Below, one piece after another: positions 25,482 through 39,042 of a stretch of 64,000 nt of DNA. The number at the start of each line of letters is the position of its first letter. Position 1 is the stretch's first letter. Both the position numbers and the translations under genes were made by a program. This DNA comes from Moniliella sp. 'wahieum' (Eukaryota): the NCBI GenBank assembly GCA_003971905.1, contig RSEE01000027.1, positions 310,001-374,000 of the forward strand, read 5' to 3'. The notes beneath the pieces were generated by a model, which saw only the letters and a list, made by a program, of their open reading frames with translations, ran no database searches and was not told the origin of the DNA.

Positions 25482-26383
25482 ATGCTCCCCGCAACGATCC
25501 TTACCTTCCTTGGCCTGGGCCTCTGCTACGCTTGCGCGGCCCGTCATTGAGCCTCGCCAGAATGCGTCCCTCCAGCCAGGCAACACGGACCTGCCCTTCC
25601 CCAAGAGCTACTACGACCAGGCCGCTGCCTTGGTGCAGCAGACCTACTGCAACCCCTCCCTTGACACGACCGGCCTGCAAATCGGCGATGCTGTGCTGCT
25701 CAACACCACTGGCGACGGCAACGCCGAGCAACGGGTCAACATTTACTACTCGCAGTCTCTCGGCATCAGCGCCGCCTACATGGGTACCAACATTTCTTCT
25801 CTCCTCTCCATCTGGAAAGACGTGGACTTTGTTTGGTCCTTGATTCGGAACTTAACCTTCCCCTGGGTGCGCTGGTCGACCAAGGCTTCCAAAGCGCCTG
25901 GAAGCAGACCTGGTCCACCGTCCAAGAGATGGTCGGTGCCGCCAAGGACACCTACCCTCGGCCGACTTGACCATTATTGGCCACAGTCTTGGAGCGGCAG
26001 CGGCCACGTTTGCCTTGCTTGCGTACGGGGACGAGGCGACGCGGATGATCACATTTGGTCAGCCGCGGGTAGGGAACAAGGTGGTGGCCGATGCGGTTGA
26101 CGATCGGTTTGCCGGCAAGGTCAGCCGTATGACCAATGGCAACGACTGGGTGCCGCACGTGGTGCCTCGCATCGTTGGCGCTCAGCACTTTAGTGGCGAG
26201 GTGTGGCAGAGCCAGGCTAACGACTCGTCCTCTGCCCTCTTCTACCCTGGTCAGGAGAACATCCACGGCGCTGACTCGGTTCTCTTCCCCCCGCTCAACT
26301 TTGACAACCACCAAGGATACTACTTTGGAACTCAGATCGGCGCCTTCCAGGGCAACTGCCCGGCGATTGTCGGCCATCCCTAA
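25482..26383 (+). CDS. Secreted class-3 lipase, Malassezia SMG1/LIP1-like (mono/diacylglycerol lipase)
   Basis: Signal-peptide-like start (MLPATILTFLGL), AAALVQQTYC, QRVNIYYSQSLGI, GHSLG nucleophile motif, FGQPRVGN, NGNDWVP and YPGQENIHG...NFDNHQGYYFGTQIGA...CPA. Confidence 0.92.
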
Positions 26384-27468
26384 AAACCGCCCTGTCCTGC
26401 TCTGTCGTGCCCTGTCCTGCTCTGCCCTGCGTCCGTGATCGTCCACGGTCATTGGACTCCCTCTCAGGTCTCACCTCTCTTCTTTTTCCTTTCTGTGATC
26501 GGGCCCATTCATTCAACTACCCCTACTTATTACTATTTCCTTCTTTTTATGAGCTTCCGACTCGTCGCTCGCTCCTACTTTTCTCAAAACAAATCATCTT
26601 CTTCCCTCCATCTGCCTGGCTACCTCTGACTAAACCTGATCTTTCCGACATGGATGTGCACGGGAGGTCTCACAATGCAATATGTTATTCTGTGTTGTTC
26701 TTCGTTCTACACCATGGTATAATGTTTTGAACATACGGGCCAAGCGAATCTGATTCGGCGGCTGGCTTTGGACGGAGTCAGTTACCCGTGTACCCCGAAC
26801 AGTCTCCAAGAACGTGCTTGAAGCTTGATGTTGCTAGGGGAGGGGGAACGGGCTGATCTAAATATAGAGTGCTGGAGAAACGGATGGCTGATGATCTGAA
26901 CTGCCGCGTGTGGGCGTTGGAATGGGCTTGTTCAGATAAACAGGCGGGCCCAAGCCATGGCAGGAGAGCCCGATGGCAGGGCACAGGGCGGCGGTGAGTG
27001 GCTGGTGCGCACAGAGGCCCGGGAACCAGACTAGCAGCCCTAGAGGACAGTCAGGCCGAGGGACGCTGCGTAGGTGGGGGGGGAGAAGGACAGTTTCAAC
27101 GGTGCGACCGCCCGTGGCGGCTGGAGGATGGAGGCTGAGCTGACCACCGACTCTGGGGGTGCGGATGCGAGGGGGGTCGCTCTAGGCCCGCTCGGCGGCG
27201 GGACTTGTGGCTACGTTCGCTCGCAACTCGCAGCGGCGGGCTCCTTCGGGCGGCACAGGATAGGGTTGCGCAGGAACACTGCCCCGTGGCGCGCCGAACG
27301 CCGTCGAGGGCGGAAGACGGCAGCGGTGGGGCTGGCTGGCGCGGGGCTGCAAGGGCCAACCACACCAACCACCACCTGCCTCCTCTCGGCGCCTTCTGCT
27401 CTGCTGCGCCGCTGGGCCATGCGAGCACCATGAAGTCCTGCCGGCTGCTCCGTGGCAGGCACATCCGC

Positions 27469-30400
27469 ATGCGCGCTCCCGCCACCGCCACCGCCCTCGC
27501 CCCGCCTTCCTCTGCCTCCTCCTCGTCTCTGTGCTTCCGCCGCCACCGCCGCCACCGCTCGGCCCCGCCCTCCTCCCGTCCCGGCCCTGACGCGCTCCCC
27601 CCCCGCCCCCGCCCCCGATTGCCCTTCCCCCTCCGACCCCCTCAGCCTGCTGCCCACCGCACTCGTCGCATGCACCGACGGCTCCCTCCACGGCGTCGAC
27701 CGCACCTCGGGCCGTGTCCGCTGGTCCCTCGGCTGCGGCGCCTCCTGGCCCGACACCTCCTCCGACGCCATGGGCCAGCAAGAGGAGTGTCTTCTTCCCT
27801 TCCGCCCGGTCGTTAGTGCTACCTATGGCCCCGACCGCCTATCGCTCGCACAGATGCTTGCTCAGTCTTCCCACACTGAATTGAGCATTTACTTGGTCGA
27901 GCCCTCGGCCCAGGCGCACTCTACTGCTTTCCGCTCTCCTAGCGAGCTTCTTTCCCACCCCCTTTCCTCCTCTTCCCCCCAGGACGGTTCTCCTGCGACC
28001 CTGGTTAAGCTTCCGCTCACGCTCCCGCAGCTCGTTTCTCTCTCCCCCTTCACATTCCCTGGGGACGACAGCCGCGTGTTTGTGGGGAGCAAGCAAGCTC
28101 GCCTCGTTGAAGTCAACGTCCGCACAGGTGCGATCCGCAGCATGTTTGGCGACACGGCGTCGATGGCTAACGTGAGCGAGCCAAGTGAGTGGGACTGGCC
28201 CAACGACCCGAGCCCAGAGCAGACGACAATAAGGATGTTGGGCCCTGATTGGCAGGACCGACTACACGTTGGCCGTCCACGCCAAACATGACCCGAGCTT
28301 GTCCCAAACGCTGCATCTCAGTCTCTACTCACCCAATTAGCAGACCGGGATGTCCTGGCTGCGTGGAACACCCAACCTATCCCGACGCTCGCCGCATCAT
28401 GGTCCTGCCCGACGAGGCAGCCTGATCTGCCTCAACACCTCTGTTCCCGATTCCCATCCAGCTCATCCGCCAGAGGATCTCGGTCCCGTCTCCGAGCCAG
28501 ACACGTGCCGACCGACGAGGAGACACGGCCTTCGCACCAGACCCTCTGGACCAGCTCCATGGGCGCAAGTGTGGCTTCATCTTTGACTTTGTCCAGTCCA
28601 TGGGAGGGCAAGATGACGAGGACCCCTCTGCTAGGCGTCGTCCAGTCCTTGTTCCCCACCCGTTTTGCGTCTGGGCGAACTGTTTCATGATACGAGCTAC
28701 ACGGAACTTGGCCAGTCGGAGGCTCCTGACTTGGACTTTGGTGCGGACACCTACGGGGAGCGTCCGACGGGTCCTTGTTTGCCATGAGCTCGATGCGCTA
28801 TCCCCTTGCCGCTCTTGGCCCGCCTGCTCCAGCCTCACACGCGTCCGAATGTCATGGGTGCAGTGCATGATTGGGAGCTACCAAAGCCACAGCCCCTCGG
28901 GCAGTCCTGGTTCAATCGACCCTTTCCTGCCCTTTTGGTTTGATTCCCCGCTCGGGATCGATGGCCCATCCCTGCCCCTTGGGATTCAACTCGTGTACCC
29001 ACCATTGAGGCTCCACAGAACAATGCCTCCGCTTCGGAACCATCACCCAGCCGCCGTAACTCAAGTCGGCTTGGTGAGCATTTGCCTTCTTCACTATTTG
29101 AGGCCGCCCCCATTTGGGCTTTCACAGCAGCCTTTGGCCTCATGGCTGTGGCACTCTTCTTTGTCGGTTTCCATTGGCGTTCCCAGCGTTCTTCTTCCGT
29201 CTTTTCCGCGTCCATGCCAACCGAGCCTAGTGCTTCGAGCGTCGCACAGCCTCTGCAGGAACCGCACACTACACCCACTCCCAATGCTAAGTCTCCAGTG
29301 GTGCCACCTGGGTCCGAAAAGCCACGCCACAATGAGCCAGCTGTTCCTTTGGTAAAATCCACCCCGGCTCTCCCCGTTCCGCAATCGTCCCCTGCGAAAC
29401 CCGGAAAACGGCGCATCGAGCCCCTCCCCGCCGCCCAGCGCGCCAGAGTGGGTTTCGGATTGGAATGCCAACGCTCAGCAATTCCGTGCGGGTTTGGCAG
29501 CTACAACAGTTGATCCCGATCCCGCTGGAGGGGGCGTGGTCAGCTCGGCGGCGCCATCCAACGACCTGGCGCCGCCTGTCGTGCCCAAGCCCAAGAAGAA
29601 GAGGCGAGGCAAACGTGCAGGACAACAAGTGGCGGCCAAAGCGGCCCGAGCCGAGCGGATTGCCGCGGCCGAGGCCGAGGTGAAGACGACCGAGGCGGTG
29701 CCGGAAGATGGGTACTTTACCACGTCACCACCGCTGGTGTCCGAGTTGCTTGTCCGTCCCACTGCATCTGAGTCAACATTGCAACCACCGCTTGCGCTCG
29801 ATCCTAACGGGACAGAGGAATTGGAAGATCAGTCTCCCGACCTTGTCTCGGGTCTTCCTGCTCGATCCGGTACTCCCTCCGCTTCACCCGATGCCGATTC
29901 GACCATCGCCCGCTCACCTTCTGCCCATACCCCCCGTGGTTCTCCCACGAAACTCAAGGTGGACTTGACCAAACTGGCTACCTCCTCTGCTGATGGGATG
30001 GCTGTGGAGGAGCTTGCACTGGCCAGTCCAAGACGGGACGCTGGTGCTCGTATGGTAGAGGAACACCTGTTTGCTCTTGATGGAAAAGGTCAGGTGCTGC
30101 ACAATGCGGCGCCACAGCACGAACCTCGTCGCTGGTCATTTCGGATGAGGTGCTTGGTACGTTCAGCCTTCCTCCCTTCCTTGTAGGCTTTTCCATTGTG
30201 CTGACCTTGGTTTTCAGGCTATGGTTCATCCGGTACGGTTGTCTTCAAGGGCACCTTCCAAGGCCGGGCGGTGGCTGTGAAGCGGCTGTTGAAAGATTTT
30301 ACTCGTATTGCGTCCAAGGAGGTTCATCTCCTTGAGAGTGCCGACGACCATCCCAACGTGGTCAGGTACTATTACCAAGAGGTGACTGATAGCTTCCTTT

Positions 30401-31540
30401 ACATTGCCCTCGAGCTGTGCCAGGCGACCTTGGCCGACGTGGTGGAGCATCCCGGGCCTGGTGCATACCAAGAACTGGTGGCGTTGCTGCAGCCCAAATC
30501 GGCGCTCGAGCAAATTGCACAAGGGCTCCAGCACCTTCATGGTCTTTCCATTGTGCACCGCGATCTCAAGCCGCAGAACATTCTTGTCACCATTGCGCCC
30601 CCGGCGCGGTCGAGCAAGTATGTGGCTGTGGCCAACCGAAAGCCGCGGCTCAAGATGTTGCTCTCCGACTTTGGCCTGAGCAAGAAGCTGGATGGAGTGG
30701 CCCAGAGCAGTTTCAGCCAGACCGTAAACCATCCCGCAGGGACGGTAGGCTGGCGTGCGCCTGAGATTCTACGCGGCGAGGTGAGTCTCGAGTCGGGAGC
30801 CGAGTCGACGGACGTGTCGGTTGAGCTAAAGCCGGCTGGAACGGCGGCCGAGCGCGGGGAAGAACGACGCCGGTTGACACGGGCCGTGGATGTGTTTGCG
30901 TATGGGTGCATTGCCTACTACGTCTTATCCAATGGCCAGCATCCCTTTGGCTCGCGGTTCGAGCGCGAGCTGAATGTCCTGCGCGGGGAGCACGACCTCA
31001 GTTACCTGGGAAGTCTGGGCGAAGAAGGGTTAGAAGCCCGTCATTTGATTTTGGGGTGCATCTGCCCCGATCCGGCGCGTCGTCCTACCGCCGCCGAAGT
31101 GTTGCTGCACCCGTACTTTTGGACGCCGCAGAAACGTCTCCAGTTCCTGCTTCAAAGCAGTGACGCATTTGATACGCTCGAGCGCGATCCGCCGGCGCCG
31201 CTTTGCTTGCCCTCGAACGGCGCGCGACCGACGTGCTAGGCGCACCGGGATGGACCAAACGCGTCGACGCGTTGTTCGTGGCCGACCTGGGCAAGTTCCG
31301 CTCGTACGACCCCACAAGGTGCAAGATTGTGCGTGCAATGCGCAACAAGGCGCACCATTACCAAGAATGAGTCCCCGGCTGCAGCATATTCTTGGCTCGT
31401 TGCCCGATGGCTTCCTGATCTACTTACCCATCGCTTCCCCAAACTTCCTTAACGTCTTCCGTCATCTCGTCCCAACCTTTCCTCCGCTCCGAGTCCCGCT
31501 TCCGCATCTTTCTCGATGGTGGTCCGAACGATGTGTAACA
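27469..31540 (+). CDS. IRE1: Ire1 ER-stress sensor (kinase/endoribonuclease)
   Basis: Signal peptide, luminal DGSLHGVDRTSGRVRW and LPQLVSLSPF, TM at about 29110-29175, basic juxtamembrane KKKRRGKRAG, and kinase LG|YGSSGTVVFKG (intron 30157-30217), VKRLL, HRDLKPQNIL, SDFGLSKKL, GTVGWRAPE. KEN domain has RAMRNKAHHY. The 3' end is approximate. Confidence 0.96.
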
Positions 31541-32044
31541 CCGATCCCATGCTGCCGTTGTGTAGCTACACTCTGCCCCTGTCTTGTTTTTCTCTCACCC
31601 ACTCCCGCTTCCGCTCCCGCCCCTCCCCTCCCTTGCTTCCCTTCCCTCCCAAGACACGTCCGGATCGATTTCCCTCACATACACGCCTCTCTTGTCATGG
31701 CAGCGCTTCCCTCGTCTTGTCACTGGATTGGCCCCCCGTTTGCTATTTACGCCCTCTCCATGTACCACCATCCGTCGGGAAAAAAAGATCATTTGCCGCT
31801 ACCTCATCGCCTCCATCTGGACAGCCACACTCTTGATGGAGAAAGAAACTGCATCGTCTTCGAAGCTGCGGGGACGACACTAGAGAGGCCCAAATGACCC
31901 TCGTCACCACGTGTGGTTTGTTGTCGGTCCCTCCGGGGAAAGGTAAAACAGAGTAGCATACTAGTGAATGGTGCGGTGCCGCAAGCAGGATGCGCGGCGG
32001 GTGAGAGAGAGCGAGCGCAAGCAAAAAAAAGCGCGGTCATAGTT

Positions 32045-34330
32045 TTAGTTGGTCTGGAACACCTCTGGCACCACGGCATCCCACACGGTCTGGGCCTTCT
32101 TGGGCCCGGCCTCGATGGCCTCGGCGCGCTTCTTAAAGTACTCTAGGTTGTTCGGTCCGCCATAGAGCCAGTTGGGCTGGCCTGCGGCCTCGCTGCCGGT
32201 CGCGCTCGCCGGGTCGGGGTGGAAAAAGTCGGGATGGTACTCGACCCCATTCGCCTGCCGTTCGGCCCGACGCCGACGCTGCGCCGTCTCGACGGCATGC
32301 TTCAGCTCTTCGGCCTGGTCCACATTGCCATTCTCAAACGCGCGTTGGTCCGGACGGAAGCGAGAGTCGGTGCGAGGCAAGTAGGAGGCCATGCGTGGAG
32401 TGAGCTCGTTGAGCGACATGGCAAAGTAGGTAAAGCCATAGTACTCCTCGGCATCGGGCGGGAAGGGCGCAGCCTCCCACAAGACTTGGTAGTTCTCCTT
32501 GTCGTGCTGGATGGCAAATGAGTCGGTCCACTTGCCCTTGACGGCAAGGCCCTTGGAACCTTTGGCATCATATACGTTGCCCACCAGATGGTTCCGGCTC
32601 CCGGCGCCGCCGAGAACAGTGCCCTGCTTAAAGTCCACCTTGAGCATTTGGCCCGTCTTGACACTCGTCACGCTCAGCTCGCCCACATATTCGAGGTACT
32701 TTTGGCCGGCAATCAGGTTGCGCATAAACGCACCCGGCTTCTGATCGTGTACGTCTCTCCTAGTCCGGGTAGGTCCACCGTAAGAGAACCTTCTGGGATC
32801 AGCTCCCAACTCTTGCCCCAGAACTTCTGTTTGACTGTACTCCAACCGTGGGCGCGCCAGCCGTGGCCCTCGGCATAGGTGGCCACAATCGGCGGGTTGT
32901 GCACCACCTTTTCAGCGACAAACCTCAGCCGCCCGCCCTCGCGGACCAGCTCAAACGTTTCTCCCAGCATGGGGTTGAAGGGTTTGCGACTGGCGCGCAG
33001 CTTGTTCGCCGCATACCCACTTACCGCCCACGCCCCAATCAGGCACAGACGTGTCGACCAATCGTCCGTCTGGGCCGCCCGCTCCAGCAACGCAGGCGCA
33101 TACTCGTAGTCCTCCGCAGCGGCCTGCAACAGACTGAGGGGCAAGTTGAAAGTGACGGGGAAACTGATCGTGGACAGGTCCTTTCCCACATTCTTCTTCA
33201 AAACACCCAGAATGCCCACATCGTCCCAGCCACCTTGGACGGCAACTTGGTCCGGTGGTCCTCCGTCTCATTCGCCAGAGCAAGTTGGGAAGTAGGCTGC
33301 TCCAACTCGTCCGAGTCATCGTCCTCCGCATCCTCCGAGTCGTCCGCGGTACCTTCCTCAGTGGACTCGGCCGCGCCTTCCTCGGCATGGTCGACATCAA
33401 TGTCATCAGCATCGTAAAATACCGCCTCGTCATCACCCACGGTGCTGGTAATGCTCTGCGGGGCTGCGACCGCTGCGTCGCAGGGTCCCAGTGAGGCATG
33501 GCCTCCTCCGCGCTCGCATCGGTTTGCGGCACTTTGGACGACAAGAGATTGTCCAGCTCGATCTGCTCCTTTCGCAGCGCATTGACCAGGGCTTGGACCT
33601 TGGTCACCTCACCCGACGCAGCACCTGGTTTCCACGGCTCGTGTCAGCTGCTACCAGACTCACGCAAGGGTTAGGGAATGGGGTTACAACGTACCACTCG
33701 AAGCCAGTGCGGCGAGCTCCTTTTGGAGTGCGGTGATCGAGCGGCTGATCCGATCACTGTGGGCAAACACAGGGGCAAGGTCGACGCTGACCAGATCCTT
33801 GGTGCCCGCTGCAACCACATAGATCCGCCGGGCGCTGCCCACATTGCCGGCGTGACGTTCATTGATGAACGTCTTGAGCTCGTTGCGCCACATTTCAAAG
33901 TCGGCCGCCGAGAGGGTTTTGAGGTCTGTGACAAATCATTGCGACGGTCAGCGCTGAGGCTCAGCAGGGCGGGAGGCAGGACGGGCGCCAGAGCCGGGGC
34001 AAGGCAGTACGTACGGAACACCGAGGAGCCCGAGTCGACGTGGATGGTGCCGTGGCGCTTGGAGCTGATGACGGATGCATGCGGGATTTCGATAAAGTCG
34101 CGCGTGGGCTTGCCGGGGGCGAGGGAGTAGGTGAGGATGCCTTGGGACGTGAGGTAGAGGTAGCGCTTGGCGTAGCCCTGGATCTTTTTGCGCTTCTTCT
34201 TCAGGACCCAGCCCTCGGCGAGCACGTCGGCGGCGTCGACGCTGGGCGCCCAGCTGTGGCCGGGGGGGGCGGCAGGCACTTTGCCGGTGGCTGTTGCGGG
34301 GGCGGGGGCGCTGGCGCTGGCGCTGGGCAT
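32045..34330 (-). CDS. OSH3: Oxysterol-binding protein, Osh3-like (PH + FFAT + ORD)
   Basis: PH domain (EGWVLKKKRKKIQGYAKRY), FFAT-like AVFYDADD, and ORD (LKKNVGKDLSTISFPVTFNLPLSLLQ, RKPFNPMLGETFE, EKVVHNPP, LPRTDSRFRPDQRAFENG). Confidence 0.92.
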
Positions 34331-34750
34331 GGCGGCGGTGGTGGGAGCGGAGGGGCGCGGCGGCGCGGGGCGAGTGGGGCGTTTGGGCTGCGGCAGGCGA
34401 GCGTGAATGTAAGCGCGGCGCCCGCGGACTAGTTGGGGCCCCAGCGGCGCTGGGCGTCTGATGCGTGAAACGGGAGTGTGAGGTGTGAAACGTGAAACGA
34501 GAGCCGCACCACCTGAAATTGAAACAATCCCCGTGTGGCGGGCCAATGGACGTTTCCCCGTCCCCACTGGGCGAGCCATTATGCATTAGGCATTAACCCA
34601 CGCGCTGTCTGTCGGCGCGCTCCCTGGTCTGACGTCACCCGCTGCTGTGCTGTGTCCTACTGCCCTGTGCGTTTCAGGCTGGTCATGCACATCAATGCAT
34701 CCCATTTGGCTTGTCGCTTCCCTCCCTAGCATGGCCGCACCAACCCACCA

Positions 34751-35726
34751 CTAGATCTTGAACGGAGCAGGCGCATACTTGACCTTGCTCGCCGCCGCCT
34801 CATCCGTAAAGAAGTAAAGCGTGCCTGGCGCGACCGGGCGCACCCGCGCCGCGGGCAACTCGTGGTTTGGGTCGTCCAGCGTTTTCGCCAGCAAGTCCTG
34901 CTTGCCCGCCCCGGCCAGAACAAAGGCCCGGTGAGCGTGGTTGAGCACCGAGTAGGTAAACGTGATCCGGCGCGGAGGCGGCTTGGGCGAGTCCTCAATT
35001 GGGGCCACCCACCGTTCGGTTTCTTGCAGCAGCGGATGATGCGGGAAGAGAGAGGCAGTGTGCCCGTCGGGCCCCATGCCAAGCAGGATCAGATCAAACA
35101 CTGGGTGCCGAACCGTCTCCTTGTCAGCAAACACTCGCACCATCTCCTGCTCGTACTGATCCGCCACCTCGGTGGAATCGTCAAGATGGTCCGTAGCAAT
35201 GGTGTGAATCTGTTCCCGCTTCAAGGGGACCTTGGAGAACAACTCCTTGTTGGCCAGCCAATAGTTCGAGTCCTCGTCCTCGAGGGGGACCAGCCGCTCA
35301 TCCGAGAACCAAATGTCCCTGGAAACAAAAACAAGCAAAAGCAACACCAGCTGGTTAGTAACCAATCTCAATGGCACAGTAAAACTTGGCCGTACCACCA
35401 ACTCACCACTTGTCCCACTGAATGCGGTTGTCTGTCCTGTTGACTAGGTCTTTGGCCAGCATGGCAGGCAAGCTACCGCCCGAGATGGCCAGCGTAAACT
35501 TGCCTGCGTGGGCAGCAAGAGCATCATCTTGGGCCTACGCGGGCACGCGGAGGAGGGGAGCGGATTGCGCGTCAGTCTGTATGCTCAGCTCGAATCGCGA
35601 TGGGCCGGGGGAGGACAGAGGGAAACGCACCTTGATAACAAACTCAGCCAGCGAGAAAGACAGCTGGTCCTTGGTAGGGAAGGTGTACAGAACAGGGGGG
35701 ATCGGTGTCTGCGATGGAAGCGACAT
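34751..35726 (-). CDS. 6-phosphogluconolactonase (Sol family)
   Basis: LAISGGSLP, WFSDERLVPL...SNY, FDLILLGMGPDGHTASLFP and DSPKPPPRRITFT. Two introns (about 35537-35631 and 35320-35407). Confidence 0.95.
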
Positions 35727-36327
35727 GGTGGATGGAGGTGACGAGAAGGGAGAGCGGTGGGCAGCAGGGAGAACATCGAGTAGGTCCCTATGGCTGTCGC
35801 CAAACTCCAAACGGGCCCGCTGGCGCCGCCGCTCGGACCCAGACGCTGCATGCAGGACTGGAGCAGTGTGCGCTGCAACCCTACTCGCTCTGCCACAGCG
35901 CTCTTACCTGTTACGTATGCTACGACGCTCAGAAGGGCCGACGTCGATAATTGATGATGGCATGCACGTGACATGTGACAGGCGACGTCATCCAATACGC
36001 AATGGTCCTGGGATTGATTTGATTTCCAGTTCTGCTATGAATACCTTCGGTTGCTACAGCCCAGAGGCTACTGATGAGATGGATGAGATGGGTTCGATGA
36101 ATATCCCACAAGGGGTCAAACGGGGCATGCATGACGAGAAGACCAGGAGGCAAGACCTTAGATGGGTGCGACAAATAGAACCTAGACAAATCGTGAGGTA
36201 CAAACGGGTGTGGAGGAAAAGGGGGGTGGCAGAGGGGGGAGGTCCACCAGGGCGGACTCGGCCCCACCAACCACGAGAAGATCAGGCCCGGCTCAGGGGC
36301 CCTACATGGGGAACAAGCCGGTGGTCC

Positions 36328-39042
36328 TCAGGCAGAGGGAGAGATCAACTTGTCCCCCCCGTTTTGACGGACCCCTACGGCGGCGACAGGGCTTGCGGCA
36401 CGGCTGTGGGCTGCCGGAACGGAGTTCCACCCCACATCCTCTTCGTCCACGGCGGCAACCGTATGTGCCTCGGATGGTGTGACACTGGCAATCGAAGTAT
36501 CCCCTGCCAAGGGTTGCTGGTGTCCTTCGGGAAAGAGGTAGGCACGTGGGATGGCGCAAGAGTTGGTGGTGAAGCAGGAAGAGGGGTAGCGGCCAGCTTC
36601 GCTGGCGCATCGATAGTGGGGGTTTGCGGAGGCACATCGGAGGCCGAGTCGGACACCGCCAGACTCTCAGCCTGACTGATATCAGCAGGATGAGAGGATT
36701 CGTCGTGGCTTAGGGTAGGTTTGGGATCGAGGAGTGGCGCCGGTTCGGGGGGAGGCACAGCCTCTGCCTTAAAACCCCTTGCGCGGGACATCCACCGTCC
36801 CCACGAAGCAACAGTGGCCGTGACGGATTGGGCAACCGTCGAAGTTCCTCCCCCGGAACGATCCGAATCGGTTGCGAGACTGGCGCCAGAGGCGGCAGTG
36901 GCAGCGCTGATGTTGGAGACAAAGGACGCACCTGTCGAGGTGCGCTCCATGTCAGCCGAGGCAGGCATTCGTGGACTGGCAGAAGGGGTACGACCACCGC
37001 TTTTCTGGGATGCGGGGCAGGAGGGGGTGGCAAGTGTTGCTGTGCCTGGGCCAAAACCAACTCGGCATAGAGCGTCTTGTACCGTACCAACTGTTCGCCC
37101 ACCTCGTCCTTGGCCAGCGTGGCAGCAACGAGTTGTTTTCCCAGCTCGGCATGTGCGGCCAATTGACTTGCCGCATCCTCTTCCATCTCTTTGACCTTGG
37201 CCGCTAGCTTCCACGTCTCGCTCCGGAGCTGTTCTAGCTGCTGCAGGGGCGCCGCAGCCGTTTGAAGATTGTCCTGGTACTCGGCAGCATAGCGAGCCAG
37301 GTCGGCATCACTGATGCTTTGCCGTGCCTGTGCCGCGTCACGCACGAACCGGTTCACCGCGAACCGCTCCGCCGTCCAGGTGGAGCGTTTTTGAATGGAC
37401 TACTGTTACCCTCGGTAGGAGAAGGGTCGTCAGGGGTTTGAGCGCACGATAGGCATCGAAAATGTGGTGGGAGAGAAAGAGTACAGCTTCATCAAACTCG
37501 AGGCTTAGAAGCTTGGCCTCGTTGGCAGTGAGCAGGGCAAGTACAAATCCAAAAAGCGCATCGAGGCCTTGCGCAAAGATCAAGTCGAGTACGCGGTACG
37601 CGACCGATAGGGGGAACCGGTAGCACAACAGCGTCATGAACCAAGGCGACGCATACATATGTGCTTTGACCCCGATGCGCCCCAGATGAGCATACAGTGT
37701 CGGCAGCCGCTCCTCCATCATCCGTCCAAACTGATACATCCGAAGCTGCAGCCCGGGCATGCCCGGCGAAAAGTGGCCACGAAGATCGTACTTCTGCATC
37801 AATGACACCAGCGTTGAAAACGCTTCGGGTTCGTCCATGTTGAGCAAGAGGGGGCCGACGATGAACTGCATTCCTTGGCAGTAGCCGACTTCGGGATCGA
37901 GCAGGCATAGGCCTTGACCACTTCAAACAGACCCTGCTGTCCTTGCGACGCAACTTGAAAGTAGGCCTGCTCGGGGTACGTCCGGTCCAGGTCCCGCCGG
38001 ATGGCCTTGTCGTGTTCGCTGGATTCAGATCGCAGTACAGCAAACTTGGATTTCAGCGCAGCATCCCGACTGGCACTCAACTCTTGCCATACGGTGCCTC
38101 GGACCTCGTCTGGGATGCCCGCTTGAATCGCACTAGCCAGACGGGCAGGCTCGTCTTGACTTACACGCGGGTAGTCTGGAAGAATGTAAGAAGGCGTCAG
38201 TCTACCAGGATGGGGAACGTATTGACACGGGGGGGGGCGCACCATGAACCACCGAATTCCAAAAATCCATGTCAGGATCAACTTGGGGGTCGTCGACGAG
38301 CATCAAAGGCTCAGAAGGAGAGTTCCGGCCGCCAAGAACCTCATCCATGGTCGTGGGACTGGAGGCTGATCCCATGGGCACCTTCCCTGTTCCAGCGGTG
38401 GGCGGCGAAACGGGCTCGTCACCATCGACCGGTACATCTGCCACCTGCGCCCCCGGGCGCCTGTGCAGAAACAGATTGGGGGTCCAAGCTTCCTCCGGCC
38501 GGATCATGGTAGGTAGCACCTCCATGGGCGTGACCAACTCTGCATCGGACCCGTCCGACTCGCCCGGAGGAGGGAAGGTAGGGACGAACCAAGGTGTAAG
38601 GAAGGCGTAGAGTCAGCCACACTACTAGCTTGAGGAGCCTCTTCGGTAGATACCGCGTCGGTTGCCTGCGTTCCCAAGTGGCCCTCGCCTGTTGTGCTCA
38701 GTAGTTGGTCCATATGTGCCGCTTTGGTTGCCTCGACCGCATCCGGCTGGTTGGAACGAAGGAAGGACCAAGGCCTGTATCGGCACCTTGCGCATCCCCA
38801 GTCACATCCGCGTGACAAACGGAAGCGGCAATGGGAACGGTGTTGCCGTCCTTGGAGGGAAAGGGGACGCTGCGACTGTCCCCTTCTGCGTCGAAGAAGC
38901 TATCACGCTGGGCATTGTGGGAAGTCACATGCTCGACCGAACCCGATTCCGCACCTTCCGTGTCCGTCGCGTCGTCTTGCAAGGTCAAGTTGGCCCCCAG
39001 GTCTGCCTTAGTGGATTGGACGCGCAGTGAGGCGTCTGGCAT
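36328..39042 (-). CDS. GYP5: TBC-domain Rab GTPase-activating protein, Gyp5/EVI5-like, with a C-terminal coiled coil
   Basis: DMDFWNSVV, GIPDEVRGTVWQ, IRRDLDRTYP (Arg finger), GYCQGMQFIVGPLLLNM (Gln finger) and MYASPWFMTLLCYRFP, followed by a coiled coil. Both ends are approximate. Confidence 0.9.

Noticed and set aside
33667..33677. GGGTTAGGG as a telomeric repeat or telomerase template
   Set aside because: It is only about 1.5 units, lies inside the OSH3 gene and reads as an intron branch site (CTAAC) on the coding strand.
35422..36675. Long ORFs such as 35422-36675(+), 12159-13466(-) and 43773-44804(-)
   Set aside because: They are antisense or shadow frames of real genes, or GC-rich stop-poor intergenic DNA, with no recognisable motifs.
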